Assembly: GCA_046733295.1 (NCBI GenBank) | Contig: JBKPOY010000038.1 | Coordinates: 4,951 to 68,950, forward strand | Source of the DNA: Actinomycetota bacterium | Lineage (GTDB): Bacteria > Actinomycetota > Thermoleophilia > Gaiellales > Gaiellaceae | Length of the DNA stretch: 64,000 bases | Direction of reading: 5' to 3' | In this document: one piece after another, positions 9,201 to 17,382 of the stretch | How positions within the stretch are numbered: position 1 is the stretch's first letter | How the letters are laid out: every line of letters starts with the position of its first letter | The notes under the pieces: model-generated | Databases searched by the model: none | Told to the model about the DNA's origin: nothing | Seen by the model: the letters and a program-made list of their open reading frames with translations, nothing else | Program-made: the position numbers and the translations under genes

Positions 9201-10121
9201 ATGGCGGTCCGTCTTGGCGCGCTCTTGCCACGCGTCCTCGTGGTTTCTGTGGTCTGGATCCTCGCATCCGGAACGCTGACGTTCGCCGCCGAAAGGCAGC
9301 TTTACGCCCATGTCGAGGCGAAGGCGCCGGCGCCCACGGCGAAGCCGACCCTCGTGGTCCCCGACATCAGGTCGCAGGCGTTCGTCTTCGCCAAGGGAAT
9401 CCTCGAAGACGGCGGCTTCGCCTGGCACGTCGTCGGCGGGGTGCACGGCTACGCGACCAACCTCGTGGCTTCGCAGATGCCCGCTGCCGGCACTCGGATC
9501 GAGGACACGGGCGCGCCGACGATCACGCTGCGGCTCTCGCGCGGCCACTACCCCGAGACCGGGACACCGCAGGACACTGCTCCCTACGTCGGAACGGCGA
9601 CGCGGCTCGCAGGTGCGATCAACGCGCCGACGAAGAAGCGCGCCGCGGGCAAGGCCCCGCTGGCGCCGCCGAAGATCGCCTCGGCCAAGAAGGCGGCGCC
9701 TGCCGCGCGGAAGCACCTCGCGCGGGCGGCCGCGAAGCCGGTCAAGCGGGCGAAGCCGCTCCAGCCCGCGAGGCCGGCCAAGCCGGCGAAGCGAGCTGTG
9801 CACAAGACGAGGCCCGCCGCCTTCCACGTTCCCGGGGCGCCGAAGGAGCCGTCGAACGAGATTTCCCTCCCCGCCCGCGCCGAGCGTCTCAGCGCGTGGC
9901 TGACGCCGTCGCGTCCTCCCACCGCCGCGAACCAGCGGCACTGGCTCTACCAGCACGCCTGGATCGTCACCGGCGCCCGGTTCGGCTGGTGGCACGGCGC
10001 CGCTGCCCTCCGCGTCCTCATCCGCGTCGACCACCGCGTCCGGTCCCAGTGGGGGATCGGCTCTCGCAGTGAAAAGGTCGCGCGCCGAGCCCTCGCCGCC
10101 ATCGAGGCGAGGGCCAAGTGA
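9201..10121 (+). CDS. membrane-anchored protein with one PASTA-like domain, Lys/Ala/Pro-rich linker and an unknown C-terminal domain
   Basis: N-terminal TM helix. VVPDIRSQAFVFAKGILEDGGF...VASQMPAAGTRIEDTGAPTITLRLSRG resembles a PASTA fold signature. AKKAAPAARK-type repeats. Confidence 0.5.
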   Translation: MAVRLGALLPRVLVVSVVWILASGTLTFAAERQLYAHVEAKAPAPTAKPTLVVPDIRSQAFVFAKGILEDGGFAWHVVGGVHGYATNLVASQMPAAGTRIEDTGAPTITLRLSRGHYPETGTPQDTAPYVGTATRLAGAINAPTKKRAAGKAPLAPPKIASAKKAAPAARKHLARAAAKPVKRAKPLQPARPAKPAKRAVHKTRPAAFHVPGAPKEPSNEISLPARAERLSAWLTPSRPPTAANQRHWLYQHAWIVTGARFGWWHGAAALRVLIRVDHRVRSQWGIGSRSEKVARRALAAIEARAK

Positions 10122-10720
10122 GGAAGCTGCGAGCGCTTCGAGCGCGGCTCGCACGCGAGGAGCGTGGCTACACCCTCGTCGAGCTGCTGACGGTGATCGT
10201 GATCCTCGGGGTCGTCATGGAAGGTCTCACCACCGTCTTCGTGACCGCCTCGCGCGCCGAGGTCAACATGAACAACCGCTTCCAGGCCCAGCAGACCGCC
10301 CGCGTGGCGCTGGACAAGGTCCGTCGCGAGGTGCATTGCGCCTCGGACGCGGGCTCGACCACGGCGAACACGCAGGTCTCGCTCGTGACGCTGACCCTGC
10401 CGACGTACTGCAAGACGTACTCCGGCAGCTCGGTCGTGACGTGGTGCACGAAGAACCTCTCGACCAACCGCTACGCCCTGTACCGGATCAACGCGAACAG
10501 CGCGACGTGCACGGGCGGCGTCAAGTGGGCGGACTACCTGATCCCCACCTCGACAGCGCCGGTCTGCAGCAGCGCCCTTTGCGCCTTCAGCTACCAGACG
10601 GCCACCGGCAGTCTCGCCCGGCTGCACGTGGACCTCGCGGTCAACGTGCGCCCCGCGAACACGACCGAGACCTACGAGCTGATCGACGACCTCGTGCTGA
10701 GGAATAGCAGCCGGCCATGA
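10118..10720 (+). CDS. minor pilin / pseudopilin (prepilin-type N-terminal methylation domain)
   Basis: EERG|YTLVELLTVIVILGVV class III signal. GTGA overlap with upstream gene. Confidence 0.8.
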   Translation: MRKLRALRARLAREERGYTLVELLTVIVILGVVMEGLTTVFVTASRAEVNMNNRFQAQQTARVALDKVRREVHCASDAGSTTANTQVSLVTLTLPTYCKTYSGSSVVTWCTKNLSTNRYALYRINANSATCTGGVKWADYLIPTSTAPVCSSALCAFSYQTATGSLARLHVDLAVNVRPANTTETYELIDDLVLRNSSRP

Positions 10721-12465
10721 AGGGCATCGTCTCGGCACTTCGGAAGCGCCTGGCCGCCGACGAGCGAGGCTTCGCCCTCGTGCTCGCGCTCGGCGTGCTG
10801 ACGGTGCTCGCCATCATGATCGTGACGATCATCCAGTACACGAGCACGAACCAGCGGACCGCCTATTTCAGCAGGGCGAAGGTGACGGCGTTCGATGCCG
10901 CCGACGCCGGCATGAACAACGCCCTCTCCGTGCTGAACAACCCGACCCAGAATGCGCTCGACCCCGACGTCCTGCCGGCGTGCACCGGTGCGCAGTCGGG
11001 GTGGAAGCACAGCTACTACGACAACGCGACCGCCGACTGGTGCGGCACGCTCGACCGTGCGGCGGCGACCTGGTCGCTGAAAGCGGTTGGCTATCTCAAG
11101 AACCCCACGGGCCCGAACGCCGGCAATGTCAGCAGGACGCTGACGGCGAAGGTCACGGTTCAGCCGACGTTGACCCAGCCGCTGAACAACCCCGTCTGGA
11201 ACTACCTGTACGCCGGCCACACCGGCAGCACCTGCGACCAGACGCTGAACAACAACATCACGGGCGCCTCCCGGATGTACATCGCCGGCAATCTCTGTCT
11301 GAGCCCGAACGTGCAGCTTGCGCAGTCGATGGTGATCGTGGGCGGCAACCTCGACGTCTCGAACAACGCCGCCGTCGGCGCGAGCACGAACATGAGCACG
11401 CGCGTCGAGACGTACGTCGGCAACAACTGCCGCTACGGCAGCAGCAGCCCGCCGTGGGTCACCTGCACGGGGAACCAGGACGCGAACCACATCTACAGCA
11501 AGCTCTCCGACGGAACCACGCTCGCCGTCAGCCACAATCCGCCGGTCGTCCCTCCTCCGACCGCGGACTTCGCAACGTGGTACGAGAACGCCATTCCCGG
11601 GCCCTCCCAGTCGTGCACGACCTCCAGCGGGACCGTTCCGACCTTCGACAACAACTACCCCAGCCGCGACAACAGCGTCGCGTCGGTGTTCGACCTCACC
11701 CCGTCGAGCTCGTACACGTGCCGCGTCGGGCGCGGCGCGGCGACGACCGTCTCGTCGGCGGTCAACGCCTCGCAGACCACGCTCTCCATCGCCTCGGCGA
11801 CCGGCTTCCCGACCACCGGCACCTATCGGATCCGGGTCGACGACGAGCAGATGACGGTGACCGGCGGGCAAGGAACGACGACGTGGACGGTGACGCGCGG
11901 CGTCAACGGCACGACGGCCACCACGCACGCCAGCGGCCAGACGGTCGCGCAGGACGACGCCGGCACGAGCGGCGAGATCTCCTGGAACGCGACGACGAAG
12001 AACCTCACGCTGGTCGGCACGATCTTCATCGACGGCAGCGCCAAGGTCTCGAACGGCGCCCTCAATACGTACAACGGCCAGGCGACCCTGTACCTGTCCG
12101 GCACCTTCTTCGGGAACGGCTCGCTCTGCGGCGCAGTCTCGGGATCGGCGTGCAACTTCGCCGGCTGGAACCCCAACACCGAGATGCTGACGATCGTCGC
12201 CAACGGGAACGGGGGTCAGGTCAACCCCGGCGACAGCATCCAGATCGCGAACAACTTCTCGTACCAGGGCGGCCTGTTCGCGACGAACAACGTCGAGCTC
12301 GGGAACAACGTGAACATCGACGGACCGATCGTCGGCAGCTCGATTGTCCTCAGCAACAACCTGGCGACGAACGCCTTCCCGACCGTGACGACGGTGCCGG
12401 TAGGGATGCCGTCGAACCCGGCCGTCTACGCTCAGCCGAATCCCCCGCAGAGCTTCTCCGGCTGA
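10717..12465 (+). CDS. large PilX-like minor pilin / tip-associated pseudopilin
   Basis: DERG|FALVLALGVLTVLAIMIV (PilX_N-like, no Glu5). 582 aa, Thr/Ser/Asn/Gly-rich beta-type C-terminus. ATGA overlap. Confidence 0.65.
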   Translation: MKGIVSALRKRLAADERGFALVLALGVLTVLAIMIVTIIQYTSTNQRTAYFSRAKVTAFDAADAGMNNALSVLNNPTQNALDPDVLPACTGAQSGWKHSYYDNATADWCGTLDRAAATWSLKAVGYLKNPTGPNAGNVSRTLTAKVTVQPTLTQPLNNPVWNYLYAGHTGSTCDQTLNNNITGASRMYIAGNLCLSPNVQLAQSMVIVGGNLDVSNNAAVGASTNMSTRVETYVGNNCRYGSSSPPWVTCTGNQDANHIYSKLSDGTTLAVSHNPPVVPPPTADFATWYENAIPGPSQSCTTSSGTVPTFDNNYPSRDNSVASVFDLTPSSSYTCRVGRGAATTVSSAVNASQTTLSIASATGFPTTGTYRIRVDDEQMTVTGGQGTTTWTVTRGVNGTTATTHASGQTVAQDDAGTSGEISWNATTKNLTLVGTIFIDGSAKVSNGALNTYNGQATLYLSGTFFGNGSLCGAVSGSACNFAGWNPNTEMLTIVANGNGGQVNPGDSIQIANNFSYQGGLFATNNVELGNNVNIDGPIVGSSIVLSNNLATNAFPTVTTVPVGMPSNPAVYAQPNPPQSFSG

Positions 12466-12466
12466 T

Positions 12467-12494
12467 TCAACTCGGCGCAGCCCGGCGCCGATAG
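12467..12494 (+). promoter_or_regulatory. sigma-28-like promoter box upstream of pilD
   Basis: TCAA-N16-GCCGATAG, with 7 nt to GTG 12502. Confidence 0.45.
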
Positions 12495-12501
12495 GAGGAT
12501 C

Positions 12502-13254
12502 GTGAACGCTGCGCTCGCCGCCTTCGCCTTTGCCCCTGGGCTCGCCGTGGGAAGCTTCCTGAACGTCGTCGCCGCCCGGCTGCCGCTGCGGCAATCCGTC
12601 ATCAGGCCCCGCTCGGCATGCATGCGCTGCGGCAACGAGCTCGCGTGGTTCGACAACGTGCCGCTGGTCTCGTACCTCGCCCTCCGTGGGCGCTGCCGCT
12701 CCTGCGGCGTGCGAATCGGGCTCCTCTACCCGGCCGTGGAGCTGGCCACCGCGGTCCTGGTGGCGGCGTGCGTGTTGAAGTTCGGTCTCACCGCGCAGGC
12801 GCTCGTGGCCGCGTTCTTCTGCGCCGTGCTCGTCGCGGTGACCGCGACCGACATCACGCACCGGATCGTCCCGAACCGGATCGTCGTCCCGGCCGCCGGC
12901 ATCGTGCTCGTCGCCCAGACGGCGATCGAGCCGAGCCCCCAGTGGCTGATCGGCGCGCTCGGGGCCTCGCTCTTCCTCTTCGTCGCGGCGCTGGCGTACC
13001 CGGCCGGCATGGGGATGGGGGACGTGAAGCTCGCCCTGCTGATGGGCGCGGCGCTCGGCAAGACGGTTCCCGTGGCGATGCTGAGCGGGATGATCTTCGC
13101 GCTGCTGCCGAGCCTCCTCCTGCTTGCCCGGCACGGCTCGGCGGCGCGCAAGATGGCGATTCCCTTCGCGCCCTTCCTAGCGCTGGGCAGCGTTCTGGCG
13201 CTGTTCGCCGGCCCGTGGCTGCTGCACGGCTACTGGGCGCTCTTCACGGCCTAG
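12502..13254 (+). CDS. pilD: prepilin peptidase / N-methyltransferase (A24 family)
   Basis: CMRCGNEL...CRSCG zinc motif, multiple TM segments, GMGMGDVKL active-site Asp region. Confidence 0.9.
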   Translation: MNAALAAFAFAPGLAVGSFLNVVAARLPLRQSVIRPRSACMRCGNELAWFDNVPLVSYLALRGRCRSCGVRIGLLYPAVELATAVLVAACVLKFGLTAQALVAAFFCAVLVAVTATDITHRIVPNRIVVPAAGIVLVAQTAIEPSPQWLIGALGASLFLFVAALAYPAGMGMGDVKLALLMGAALGKTVPVAMLSGMIFALLPSLLLLARHGSAARKMAIPFAPFLALGSVLALFAGPWLLHGYWALFTA

Positions 13255-13269
13255 AACCCCCGAAAAACC

Positions 13270-13297
13270 TCAGGTTTCCGGCCGCTGGCGCCGATAC
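13270..13297 (+). promoter_or_regulatory. sigma-28-like promoter box upstream of pilB
   Basis: TCAG-N16-GCCGATAC, with 21 nt to GTG 13319 and GAGGGA SD in between. Confidence 0.4.
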
Positions 13298-13318
13298 CTC
13301 ATTCGAGGGATATGACCC

Positions 13319-15115
13319 GTGAATCCTGAGCGCCCCAACCTGCGGACCGCCGGCAAGGCGGGCTCCAGAGCCGGCGACGACGGCGGCTCGTCGCCGCCTG
13401 CGTTCGGCGGCGGCGTGAACGCGACCGCCGAGCTCGTAGCCGACCTGCTCGCGGCGACCGGGCTGCTCGCGGAGGACAAGCTCAACGTCGTCCGCGGCGC
13501 CGCCGGCCAGGGCTCGATCGCCCAGGCGATCGTGGAGGAGGGCTATGCCGCGAGCGAGGGCGTGGCCCGGATGCTCTCGGCCCGTTACCACCTGCCGCTG
13601 GTCGACCTCGCCTTGAACGGGGTGGCGGAGGAGGCGGCGAAGGCGGTGCCGCTGCACGTGCTCGAGCGTCTGACTGCCATCCCGTACGAGCTCGACGACG
13701 ACACGCTGCGCGTCGCGATCGCAGATCCCGGCAACGTGCACGCCATCGACGAGCTCCGGCTCGCGACGCGGCACCAGGTCGAGCTCGCCGTCGCCTCGCG
13801 CGACGACATCCTCGCCGAGACCCGCCGCCTCTCCCGCGCCTCCGAGGCCTTCGGGGCCCGCGCGGTGCTGGAGGAGGAAGCGGCCGCGATGGAGGAGGAA
13901 GAGGAAGAGGCCGACGATCTCGAGGCGGACGACGGGATCTCGGACGCGCCGCTCGTCCGGCTCGTCAACTCAATCATCTTTCAGGCGGCCGAGGATGGGG
14001 CCTCGGACGTCCACTTCGAGCCGCAGGAGGACGCCCTCGTCGTTCGCCTCCGGATCGACGGCGTCCTCCACGAGGTGCAGCGCATTCCGAAGCGGATGAT
14101 GGCGGGCGTGACCACGCGTCTGAAGGTGCTCGCGAAGCTCGACATCGCCGAGCGGCGTAAGCCGCAGGACGGTCGCATCTCGCTGAACGCGGCCGCGGCC
14201 GGTCGACTGCTCGACATCCGTGTCGCGACGCTGCCCACGGTGGAGGGCGAGTCGCTCGTCATGCGCCTCCTCGACAAGTCGAAGAAGGCTCCGACGCTGG
14301 AGGAGCTCGGCCTGTCGGACGAGATGCGCGAGCGGCTGTCCGAGCTGATCCGGCGGCCGACCGGCGCCCTCCTCGTGACCGGGCCGACGGGTTCCGGTAA
14401 ATCGACGACGCTCTACGCGTCGCTGGCGGAGATCAACCAGCCCTCGATCAACATCATCACGGTCGAGGATCCGGTCGAGTACCGCCTTGCGGGCATCAAC
14501 CAGGTGCAGATCAACCAGCGCGCCGGTCTCACCTTCGCGGCCGCGCTGCGCTCGATCCTCCGGTCCGACCCCGACGTCGTGATGGTGGGTGAGATCCGCG
14601 ACCCCGAGACGGCGAAGATCTCGATCGAGGCGGCCCTGACGGGTCACCTCGTCCTCTCGACGCTGCACACGAACGACGCGCCCGGCGCTCTGACACGGTT
14701 GAACGAGATGGGCGTCGAGCCGTTCCTGACCGGCTCGGCCGTCACGGGCGTGCTGGCGCAGCGGCTCGCGCGGAAGCTCTGCACGCACTGCTGCGAGATG
14801 TACCAGCCGTCCGTGGACGAGCTCCTGAAGGCACGCGTCTCCCCGGACGTGGCCGCCTCGGCCGACGGGATGGTCTTCTACCGCAAGAAGGGCTGTCCCC
14901 GGTGCGGCCAGACAGGTTACAAGGGCCGGATCGGCATCTACCAGCTGTTGACGATGACGGAGCAGATCGAGACGCTCGCGGCCCAGAAGGCGAGCCGCGA
15001 GGACATCGAGCGGGCGGCAATGGACGACGGCATGCGCACCCTGTGGGACGACGGCATCGCCAAGGTCGCCGCCGGCCTCACGTCGGTCGAAGAGCTCGCG
15101 CGGATCACCGTGTAG
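13319..15115 (+). CDS. pilB: type IV pilus assembly ATPase PilB (GspE family)
   Basis: T2SSE_N-like N-domain, Walker A GPTGSGKSTT, TGHLVLSTLHTND, tetracysteine CTHCC...CPRCG. Confidence 0.93.
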   Translation: MNPERPNLRTAGKAGSRAGDDGGSSPPAFGGGVNATAELVADLLAATGLLAEDKLNVVRGAAGQGSIAQAIVEEGYAASEGVARMLSARYHLPLVDLALNGVAEEAAKAVPLHVLERLTAIPYELDDDTLRVAIADPGNVHAIDELRLATRHQVELAVASRDDILAETRRLSRASEAFGARAVLEEEAAAMEEEEEEADDLEADDGISDAPLVRLVNSIIFQAAEDGASDVHFEPQEDALVVRLRIDGVLHEVQRIPKRMMAGVTTRLKVLAKLDIAERRKPQDGRISLNAAAAGRLLDIRVATLPTVEGESLVMRLLDKSKKAPTLEELGLSDEMRERLSELIRRPTGALLVTGPTGSGKSTTLYASLAEINQPSINIITVEDPVEYRLAGINQVQINQRAGLTFAAALRSILRSDPDVVMVGEIRDPETAKISIEAALTGHLVLSTLHTNDAPGALTRLNEMGVEPFLTGSAVTGVLAQRLARKLCTHCCEMYQPSVDELLKARVSPDVAASADGMVFYRKKGCPRCGQTGYKGRIGIYQLLTMTEQIETLAAQKASREDIERAAMDDGMRTLWDDGIAKVAAGLTSVEELARITV

Positions 15116-15160
15116 GCATTCGGTCGGAACGGGCGCGGCGTGACGATCGCGTTCGACCCG

Positions 15161-15192
15161 CGTGACACTCCTGTAATCACGTCGGACACCGC
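15161..15192 (-). repeat. REP family 1 copy, inverted orientation
   Basis: Reverse complement reads GCGGTGTCCGACGTGATTACAGG. Shares GGTGTCCGACGTGA with the copy at 22775. Confidence 0.6.
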
Positions 15193-15258
15193 ACGCGGGC
15201 CGGCAGAACCGCCGTCCGTGCAGCGGTTTCGTCGCAACTGTGGAACGTCCGTGGCAGT

Positions 15259-15280
15259 TCGGTAACGGTGTCCGACACCA
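15259..15280 (+). repeat. REP family 1 copy
   Basis: TCGGTAACGGTGTCCGACACCA. Palindromic core GGTGTC-C-GACACC. Confidence 0.65.
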
Positions 15281-15305
15281 GGACGCGGCCCGGGCGGCCG
15301 CAGCT

Positions 15306-15584
15306 CTACTGGGCCTGTACGTCGCAGCCGAGGTACATCAGCGCCTCGACCGCTTCGGTCACGAAAGCCGTCGCCTGCTTCGCGTCCGCGAAGGTGTACG
15401 GCCCCGGCTCGACGGTGGCCGTGGACGGGGCGCCGACCGGGTAGACCTCCGCTTCGACGACGCAGGAGTCGCCGAAGTCGACCGCCTTCAGCACGGCCAC
15501 CGAGCGGCCGTCCTTGCGTGCGTGCCGGACGAACAGCTCCCGGCCCGCACCGGGGGAGGCGCCGGCGTCCGCGGCCTTGGCCAT
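15306..15584 (-). CDS. hypothetical 92-aa protein
   Basis: GC-rich third positions. Start overlaps the stop of the upstream gene (ATGA). No recognisable motif. Confidence 0.5.
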   Translation of the reverse strand: MAKAADAGASPGAGRELFVRHARKDGRSVAVLKAVDFGDSCVVEAEVYPVGAPSTATVEPGPYTFADAKQATAFVTEAVEALMYLGCDVQAQ

Positions 15585-16192
15585 CAGGCGCTCGGCGCTG
15601 CGTTCGCCGCGGCCTGAGCGACCGTATCTGCGTCGATGTACCCGTTGATCCGCACGTAGAGCTCCTGCGGCCGGCGGAAGACGAGAACGGCGGGGGCGTC
15701 GAGCAGCCGGTTTCCGGCATCGGCGCTCGAGCCGATCAGCGTCGAGAGCGCCAGGACGTCGTCATTGCTGTCCGCGCTGATTCGAACGAACCCGGCTCCG
15801 ACCCGGTTCGCACCCGCCTTCGCCTCCTCGTACGCGAGCTCGTCGACCGAGGCGCCGGGGACGACGAGCGAGACGACCACGACGGAGTTGCGTTGGAGAG
15901 CCGCCGACAGCGTGGCCGGCATGCCGTCCGTCGCCGACTGAGTCTTCGCGACCGCCGGCGGAGCGAGAGGGTGCTTCGCCTTCGCCGTCCGCACCTTCGT
16001 GCGCACCGCCTTGGCCTTCGCCTTCGTGGCGGGCCGCGGCCGCGCGGTCTTCTTGACCGGGTGCAGCGGTTTGATCACCTTCGGAGTCGCGCTCGACGCA
16101 GATTGACCCCGTCCGAGGAAGAGGAAGCCGACGACGAGCAGCAGGGCGCCGCCCAGACCGACGGCAGCGTAAATTCGGTACCGCGGATTCAC
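15584..16192 (-). CDS. hypothetical membrane-anchored protein (TM helix + Lys/Ala/Pro-rich linker + ~110-aa globular domain)
   Basis: GTG start 7 nt after a GCCGATAG box. TM segment IYAAVGLGGALLLVVGFLFL. KAKAKAVRTKVRTAKAK linker. Confidence 0.55.
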   Translation of the reverse strand: MNPRYRIYAAVGLGGALLLVVGFLFLGRGQSASSATPKVIKPLHPVKKTARPRPATKAKAKAVRTKVRTAKAKHPLAPPAVAKTQSATDGMPATLSAALQRNSVVVVSLVVPGASVDELAYEEAKAGANRVGAGFVRISADSNDDVLALSTLIGSSADAGNRLLDAPAVLVFRRPQELYVRINGYIDADTVAQAAANAAPSA

Positions 16193-16199
16193 CTTCCCT

Positions 16200-16227
16200 C
16201 TATCGGCACGGACGCCGGATCCCTTTA
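16200..16227 (-). promoter_or_regulatory. sigma-28-like promoter box upstream of the 15584-16192 gene
   Basis: Minus strand reads TAAA-N16-GCCGATAG, then 7 nt to GTG 16192. Confidence 0.55.
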
Positions 16228-16240
16228 CGCGCGCGTGAAC

Positions 16241-16268
16241 AAAAAAGGGCGCGGTTTCCCGCGCCCTT
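16241..16268 (-). terminator. rho-independent terminator of pilin copy 1
   Basis: Stem AAGGGCGCGG/CCGCGCCCTT with 4-nt loop, then a T6 run on the minus strand. Confidence 0.8.
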
Positions 16269-16289
16269 TCGCAAGGATCGGCTCTCCGC

Positions 16290-16673
16290 TTAGCAGGTGC
16301 CGGACTTGATGTCGCCCGACGGGCCGGTCTTGTGGTACCGGACGTTGGACGGGGGGTTCGTGTTGACGATGCAGTAGCCGCCGGCGGTCGCGACCGAGAT
16401 CTTGATGTTCTTGATCCCGGCGTCGTACGACTGCTGGAGCTTCGTCAGCGTCACGCCGGCGTAGCCCGTGGCGTGGTCGGCGTTGAACGCCTCCATGCCC
16501 GGCACGGCTGCGCGGACGTTCGCCTGCGCGGCCGAGTTCTGCGCGCGGCTGCGGAAGCTGAGGTACGACGGAATCGCAATCGCAAGCAGGATTCCGAGGA
16601 TGATGATGACGACGAGGAGCTCGATCAGGGTGAAGCCCTTCTCGTCGGTGGCAACAGGGTGCCGCAAGCTCAT
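16290..16673 (-). CDS. pilA: major type IV pilin, copy 1
   Basis: MSLRHPVATDEKG|FTLIELLVVIIILGILLAIAIPSY. C-terminal Cys pair (GGYC...SGTC). Confidence 0.9.
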   Translation of the reverse strand: MSLRHPVATDEKGFTLIELLVVIIILGILLAIAIPSYLSFRSRAQNSAAQANVRAAVPGMEAFNADHATGYAGVTLTKLQQSYDAGIKNIKISVATAGGYCIVNTNPPSNVRYHKTGPSGDIKSGTC

Positions 16674-16718
16674 GTAGTGCTCCCTTCGGGGTGTGGTTAC
16701 AGCGGTGGCTACGCCGCT

Positions 16719-16746
16719 GTATCGGCACGCCGTGGGTGACCCACTA
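16719..16746 (-). promoter_or_regulatory. sigma-28-like promoter box upstream of pilin copy 1
   Basis: Minus strand reads TAGT-N16-GCCGATAC. 45-nt spacer to the ATG containing a 5' hairpin (CAGCGG/CCGCTG) and a GGGAG SD. Confidence 0.45.
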
Positions 16747-16775
16747 CCCCAAGATGGGGGAGACGTTGAGGCAAG

Positions 16776-16802
16776 AAAAAGGGCGCGGTCTCCCGCGCCC
16801 TT
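16776..16802 (-). terminator. rho-independent terminator of pilin copy 2
   Basis: Same stem as at 16245 (AAGGGCGCGG/CCGCGCCCTT), then a T5 run on the minus strand. Confidence 0.8.
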
Positions 16803-16826
16803 TCGAGAAGCAAAGCCGTTTCTGCC

Positions 16827-17222
16827 TTAGCAGGTGCCGGCCTTGATGTCGCCCGACGGGCCGGTCTTGTGGTACCGGACGTTGGACGGCGGATTCGTGT
16901 TGACGATGCAGTAACCGCCAACCGTCGCGACCGAGATCTTGATGTTCTTGATCCCGGCGTCGTACGAGGCCTGCAGCTTCGTCAGGGTCACGCCGGCGTA
17001 GCCCGTGGCGTGGTCGGCGTTGAACGCCTCCATGCCCGGCACGGCTGCGCGGACGTTCGCCTGCGCGGCCGAGTTCTGGGCCCGCTTGCGGAAGCTGAGG
17101 TACGAGGGAATCGCAATCGCGAGCAGGATTCCCAGGATGATGATCACGACGAGAAGCTCGATCAGGGTGAAACCTTCATCGCGCTTCGCGATCGCGACCT
17201 TCTTTTGAAGCCTTGCGAGCAT
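16827..17222 (-). CDS. pilA: major type IV pilin, copy 2
   Basis: MLARLQKKVAIAKRDEG|FTLIELLVVIIILGILLAIAIPSY. The mature part differs from copy 1 at 4 residues. Confidence 0.9.
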   Translation of the reverse strand: MLARLQKKVAIAKRDEGFTLIELLVVIIILGILLAIAIPSYLSFRKRAQNSAAQANVRAAVPGMEAFNADHATGYAGVTLTKLQASYDAGIKNIKISVATVGGYCIVNTNPPSNVRYHKTGPSGDIKAGTC

Positions 17223-17265
17223 ACGGTGTCCTCCTTGCAGGATGCGTCGGGGTGGCTCGCAGTGC

Positions 17266-17294
17266 TTATCGGTCGCGACGAGTCCCCCCGGATA
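17266..17294 (-). promoter_or_regulatory. sigma-28-like promoter box upstream of pilin copy 2
   Basis: Minus strand reads TATC-N17-ACCGATAA. 43-nt spacer to the ATG with an AAGGAGG SD. Confidence 0.45.
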
Positions 17295-17345
17295 CCCCCG
17301 GAATGGGGGAGATCGAGCCGACGCGAACGCACTGCTTTCGCGGGG

Positions 17346-17373
17346 TTAAGAAACGCCCGAGCGCTGCCGATAG
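17346..17373 (+). promoter_or_regulatory. sigma-28-like promoter box upstream of pilT2
   Basis: TTAA-N16 (or TAAG-N15)-GCCGATAG, with 9 nt to GTG 17383 and 12 nt to ATG 17386. Confidence 0.55.
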
Positions 17374-17382
17374 CTCGCTCGA

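Larger units (their letters stand above)
16236..17222 (-). repeat. tandem duplication (about 537-bp period) of the pilin gene plus terminator
   Basis: 16290-16640 aligns with 16827-17177 at roughly 93% identity by hand alignment. 16452-16541 and 16989-17078 are identical. Confidence 0.85.

Noticed and set aside
10672-13134. Very long ORFs antisense to, or out of frame with, real genes. Examples: 820 aa at 10672-13134(-), 812 aa at 33255-35693(-), 647 aa at 8129-10072(+), 714 aa at 25506-27650(+), 611 aa at 8319-10154(-).
   Set aside because: Their translations are Arg/Gly/Asp/His/Pro low-complexity strings with no motifs, and they shadow genes with clear family signatures. This is the typical stop-codon paucity of high-GC DNA.
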